A program made the position numbers and the translations under genes. The notes beneath the pieces are model-generated. The model worked only from the letters and a program-made list of their open reading frames with translations, was not told where the DNA came from and made no database searches. Positions 45,096 through 47,096 of a DNA stretch of 47,096 bases are shown here, one piece after another (position 1 is the stretch's first letter; each line of letters starts with the position of its first letter). This stretch comes from Myxococcota bacterium (GTDB lineage Bacteria; Myxococcota_A; UBA796; UBA2385): assembly GCA_044344255.1 (NCBI GenBank), contig JBIJDH010000041.1:1-47096 (forward strand). Reading direction: 5' to 3'.

Positions 45096-45689
45096 ATGTC
45101 GTACGCAGACACCCTCCGGCGCGTGATGGACGCCGATTATGCCGATGCCAGCGCAGAGGACAAGGCAAACGCCTGCCGCGAGCTGGTCACGGTCTGCAGC
45201 GTCGCGGCGGGCGCCGTGGCCCTCCAGCCCATCCCGCTGCTCGACGCCGCGATCGTGCTGCCCATCCAGATCGGCATGGTGCAGGGTGTGGGGCGGGTGC
45301 ATGGGTACACCCTCGATCGAAAGAGCGTGATCGAGATCCTCGGCACCTTCGGGGCGGGGCTCGTGGCCCAGAACATCATGATGGCCACCGCGAAGATGAT
45401 CCCCTTCTTCGGTTGGATCGCGTCGGCCGCGATGTCCTATGCGCTGACCTGGGCCATCGGCGAGGTGGCCGAGCACTACTTCCGGAGCGGCAGGGGCATG
45501 TCCCAGGACGACCTCCGCTCCATGTTCAAGAAGACCTACGCCGAGAAGCGGGCGGAGCGGGAGCAGGCGCTCAAGCGGGCCCCCTCGCTCAAGGAGCGCC
45601 TGGAGCAGCTTGAAGAGGCGAAGAAGGCGGGGCTGATCGACGAAGAAGAGTACCTCGCCAAGAAACAAGCCATCCTCGCCGCACTTTAG
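45096..45689 (+). CDS. DUF697/YcjF-like membrane protein with C-terminal SHOCT domain
   Basis: AGGAG RBS, ATG 45096. PIPLLD...IQIGMV..VG..HG and K.IP..G...A.TWAIG, then RLEQLEE...GLIDEEEY..KK..IL. Confidence 0.8.
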   Translation: MSYADTLRRVMDADYADASAEDKANACRELVTVCSVAAGAVALQPIPLLDAAIVLPIQIGMVQGVGRVHGYTLDRKSVIEILGTFGAGLVAQNIMMATAKMIPFFGWIASAAMSYALTWAIGEVAEHYFRSGRGMSQDDLRSMFKKTYAEKRAEREQALKRAPSLKERLEQLEEAKKAGLIDEEEYLAKKQAILAAL

Positions 45690-45709
45690 CGACCCGCTCG
45701 GAGATAGCC

Positions 45710-47077
45710 ATGACCGCCCCATCCCGCGCCGCCCTCCTCCTCCTCCTCTCCGCCTGCAAGGGAGATCCGGGCAAGGGCCGCGGTGGTGAGGGAGAGGGCG
45801 AAGGTGAAGGCGAAGGGGAAGGCGAGGCCCCGGCCGGCCAGGACCTCGTCCACGCCCACCTCGCGCTCGACCTCGAGGGCCTCACCGGGACGACGACGAT
45901 AGCGGCCCGCCCCGACGCCGCCACCGGCAGCCTGCGCCTGGACGTGGCCGGGCTCGAGGTCTCCCGGGTGACGGTGGACGGCGGCGAGGTGGAGACGAGG
46001 CTGGAGGGCGGCCAGCTCGTCGTCCCCGCCACGGGCGAGGCGGTCGAGGTCGCGGTCGACTACGCCTTCTCCGCCCGCTCACCCGCCACCTTCGACGGTT
46101 GGATGCCCGCGTTGAACGTGAGCTTCGTCTGGCCCTACTACTGCTCCAACCTCTTTCCCTGCGACCCTTCGCTGAGCGACGGCATCGCCTACTCCATGGA
46201 GGTGAGCGGCTACGACGCGTCGCTCACCGCGGTCTTTCCGACCGAGACCTGGACGGACGGGCCCGCCTACATGGCCGGCCTGACGGTCGGTGACTACGTC
46301 GAGCTCAACCTCGGCGAGACCGCCGCCGGCACGGCGATCAAGGCCTGGTACTTCGACGGCCCGAAGGGCGACGAGGCCGCGCGGAAGGGCACCGAGCACC
46401 TCGTCGCCGCCTTTGACTATTTCGAGCGGGTCTACGGCCCCTACGCCTTCGGCCCGGAGTACGGCAGCGTGGAGGTGGACTGGGGCGCCGACTCCTGGGG
46501 CGGCATGGAGCACCACCCCTACTCCCACATCGGTACCTTCGACATGAACGACGAGGAGGCGCACGTCCACGAGGCCGGCCACGGCTGGTTCGGCGACGGC
46601 GTGCGCATCGCCTGCTGGGAGGACTTCGTGCTGTCGGAGGGCACGAACAGCTACATCACCGCGCGGGCCCTCGAGCAGGCGGGCGGGCCGAGCCAGTGGG
46701 CCTACTACGTCGACGGCTTCCTCACGCCGGCCTGCCGCGGGATGGACGTCAACACCGTCGTCTTGCCGAGCACCTGCGGCGAGATCGACTTCGTAAACGA
46801 CAACCTGTGGTCGCTCGTCACCTACATGAAGGGCGCCTGCTTCTACGAAGACGTGGCCGACCTGATCGGCGCAGACCTCCTCGACGAGATCATCGGCGAC
46901 TTCTACAAAGAGAACGTGAACCAGGCCCGGCGGATGAACGACATGCTCGACGCCATCCGCGCTCGCACGGACGCCGCCGACCAGGCCGAGCTCGAGACCC
47001 TGATCACCGAGTGGCTGTTGACCAAGGAGTGCCCGGAGGACTACGCGGCGCGCTGCAAGGAGCACGTGCCGCGGTGA
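45710..47077 (+). CDS. M1 family metalloaminopeptidase lipoprotein
   Basis: Lipobox LSA|C, FPC.P, GGMEH, HEAGHGWFG plus SEG (HEXXH...E), YMKG. Confidence 0.92.
   Translation: MTAPSRAALLLLLSACKGDPGKGRGGEGEGEGEGEGEGEAPAGQDLVHAHLALDLEGLTGTTTIAARPDAATGSLRLDVAGLEVSRVTVDGGEVETRLEGGQLVVPATGEAVEVAVDYAFSARSPATFDGWMPALNVSFVWPYYCSNLFPCDPSLSDGIAYSMEVSGYDASLTAVFPTETWTDGPAYMAGLTVGDYVELNLGETAAGTAIKAWYFDGPKGDEAARKGTEHLVAAFDYFERVYGPYAFGPEYGSVEVDWGADSWGGMEHHPYSHIGTFDMNDEEAHVHEAGHGWFGDGVRIACWEDFVLSEGTNSYITARALEQAGGPSQWAYYVDGFLTPACRGMDVNTVVLPSTCGEIDFVNDNLWSLVTYMKGACFYEDVADLIGADLLDEIIGDFYKENVNQARRMNDMLDAIRARTDAADQAELETLITEWLLTKECPEDYAARCKEHVPR
45785..45826 (+). repeat. (Gly-Glu)x7 coding linker with synonymous codon variation
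   Basis: GGT GAG GGA GAG GGC GAA GGT GAA GGC GAA GGG GAA GGC GAG. Confidence 0.9.
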
Positions 47078-47096
47078 CGGGCCCGGTCGCGTAGCC

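Noticed and set aside
2183..47065. Many long antisense or alternate-frame ORFs (e.g. 3822..5591, 7287..9446, 11189..13984, 14266..16779, 29129..31444, 35065..37569, 37965..40697)
   Set aside because: Shadow ORFs of high-GC genes. They overlap motif-supported CDSs and have no motifs of their own.
42621..47077. RiPP cluster (radical SAM, peptidase and nearby cyclase)
   Set aside because: The radical SAM is the widespread YgiQ type without a SPASM domain, and no precursor peptide is seen.

Overview
A very GC-rich bacterial chromosomal segment. Myxococcota-like affiliation is inferred from a MYXO-CTERM-like tail, MopE-type Cys/Asp repeats, a GE-repeat lipoprotein and many Cys-rich lipoproteins. 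Left to right: (1) a mosaic accessory zone (1-6700) with a probably frameshifted lipoprotein, a lower-GC secreted ORF, an MFS transporter, a gene remnant and a divergent lipoprotein pair, one carrying dockerin plus cohesin-like domains; (2) a complete his operon, hisG-[hisC::HAD phosphatase]-hisB-hisH-hisF-[hisA::hisI::hisE]-hisD, whose HisA-IE fusion strongly resembles the N-terminal half of fungal His4; (3) a decayed modA; (4) an FG-GAP/MopE-repeat surface protein, a DUF1279/FAM210-like protein and a KirBac channel; (5) three tandem GH57 genes, the middle one apparently catalytically dead; (6) a WD40 protein, three S4-less RluA-family pseudouridine synthases and an AMMECR1-like/helical-barrel protein; (7) the best candidate for an undescribed system: a non-canonical class III nucleotidyl cyclase-STAND-TPR gene directly upstream of an orphan GspE/PilB-type ATPase carrying a cNMP-binding domain where the c-di-GMP-binding MshEN motif usually sits; (8) an RCC1-like lipoprotein, ygiQ, SRPBCC, DUF697-SHOCT and an M1 aminopeptidase. 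I recognised no rRNA, tRNA, CRISPR array or transposase. All family calls come from motif recognition by eye; no searches were run.
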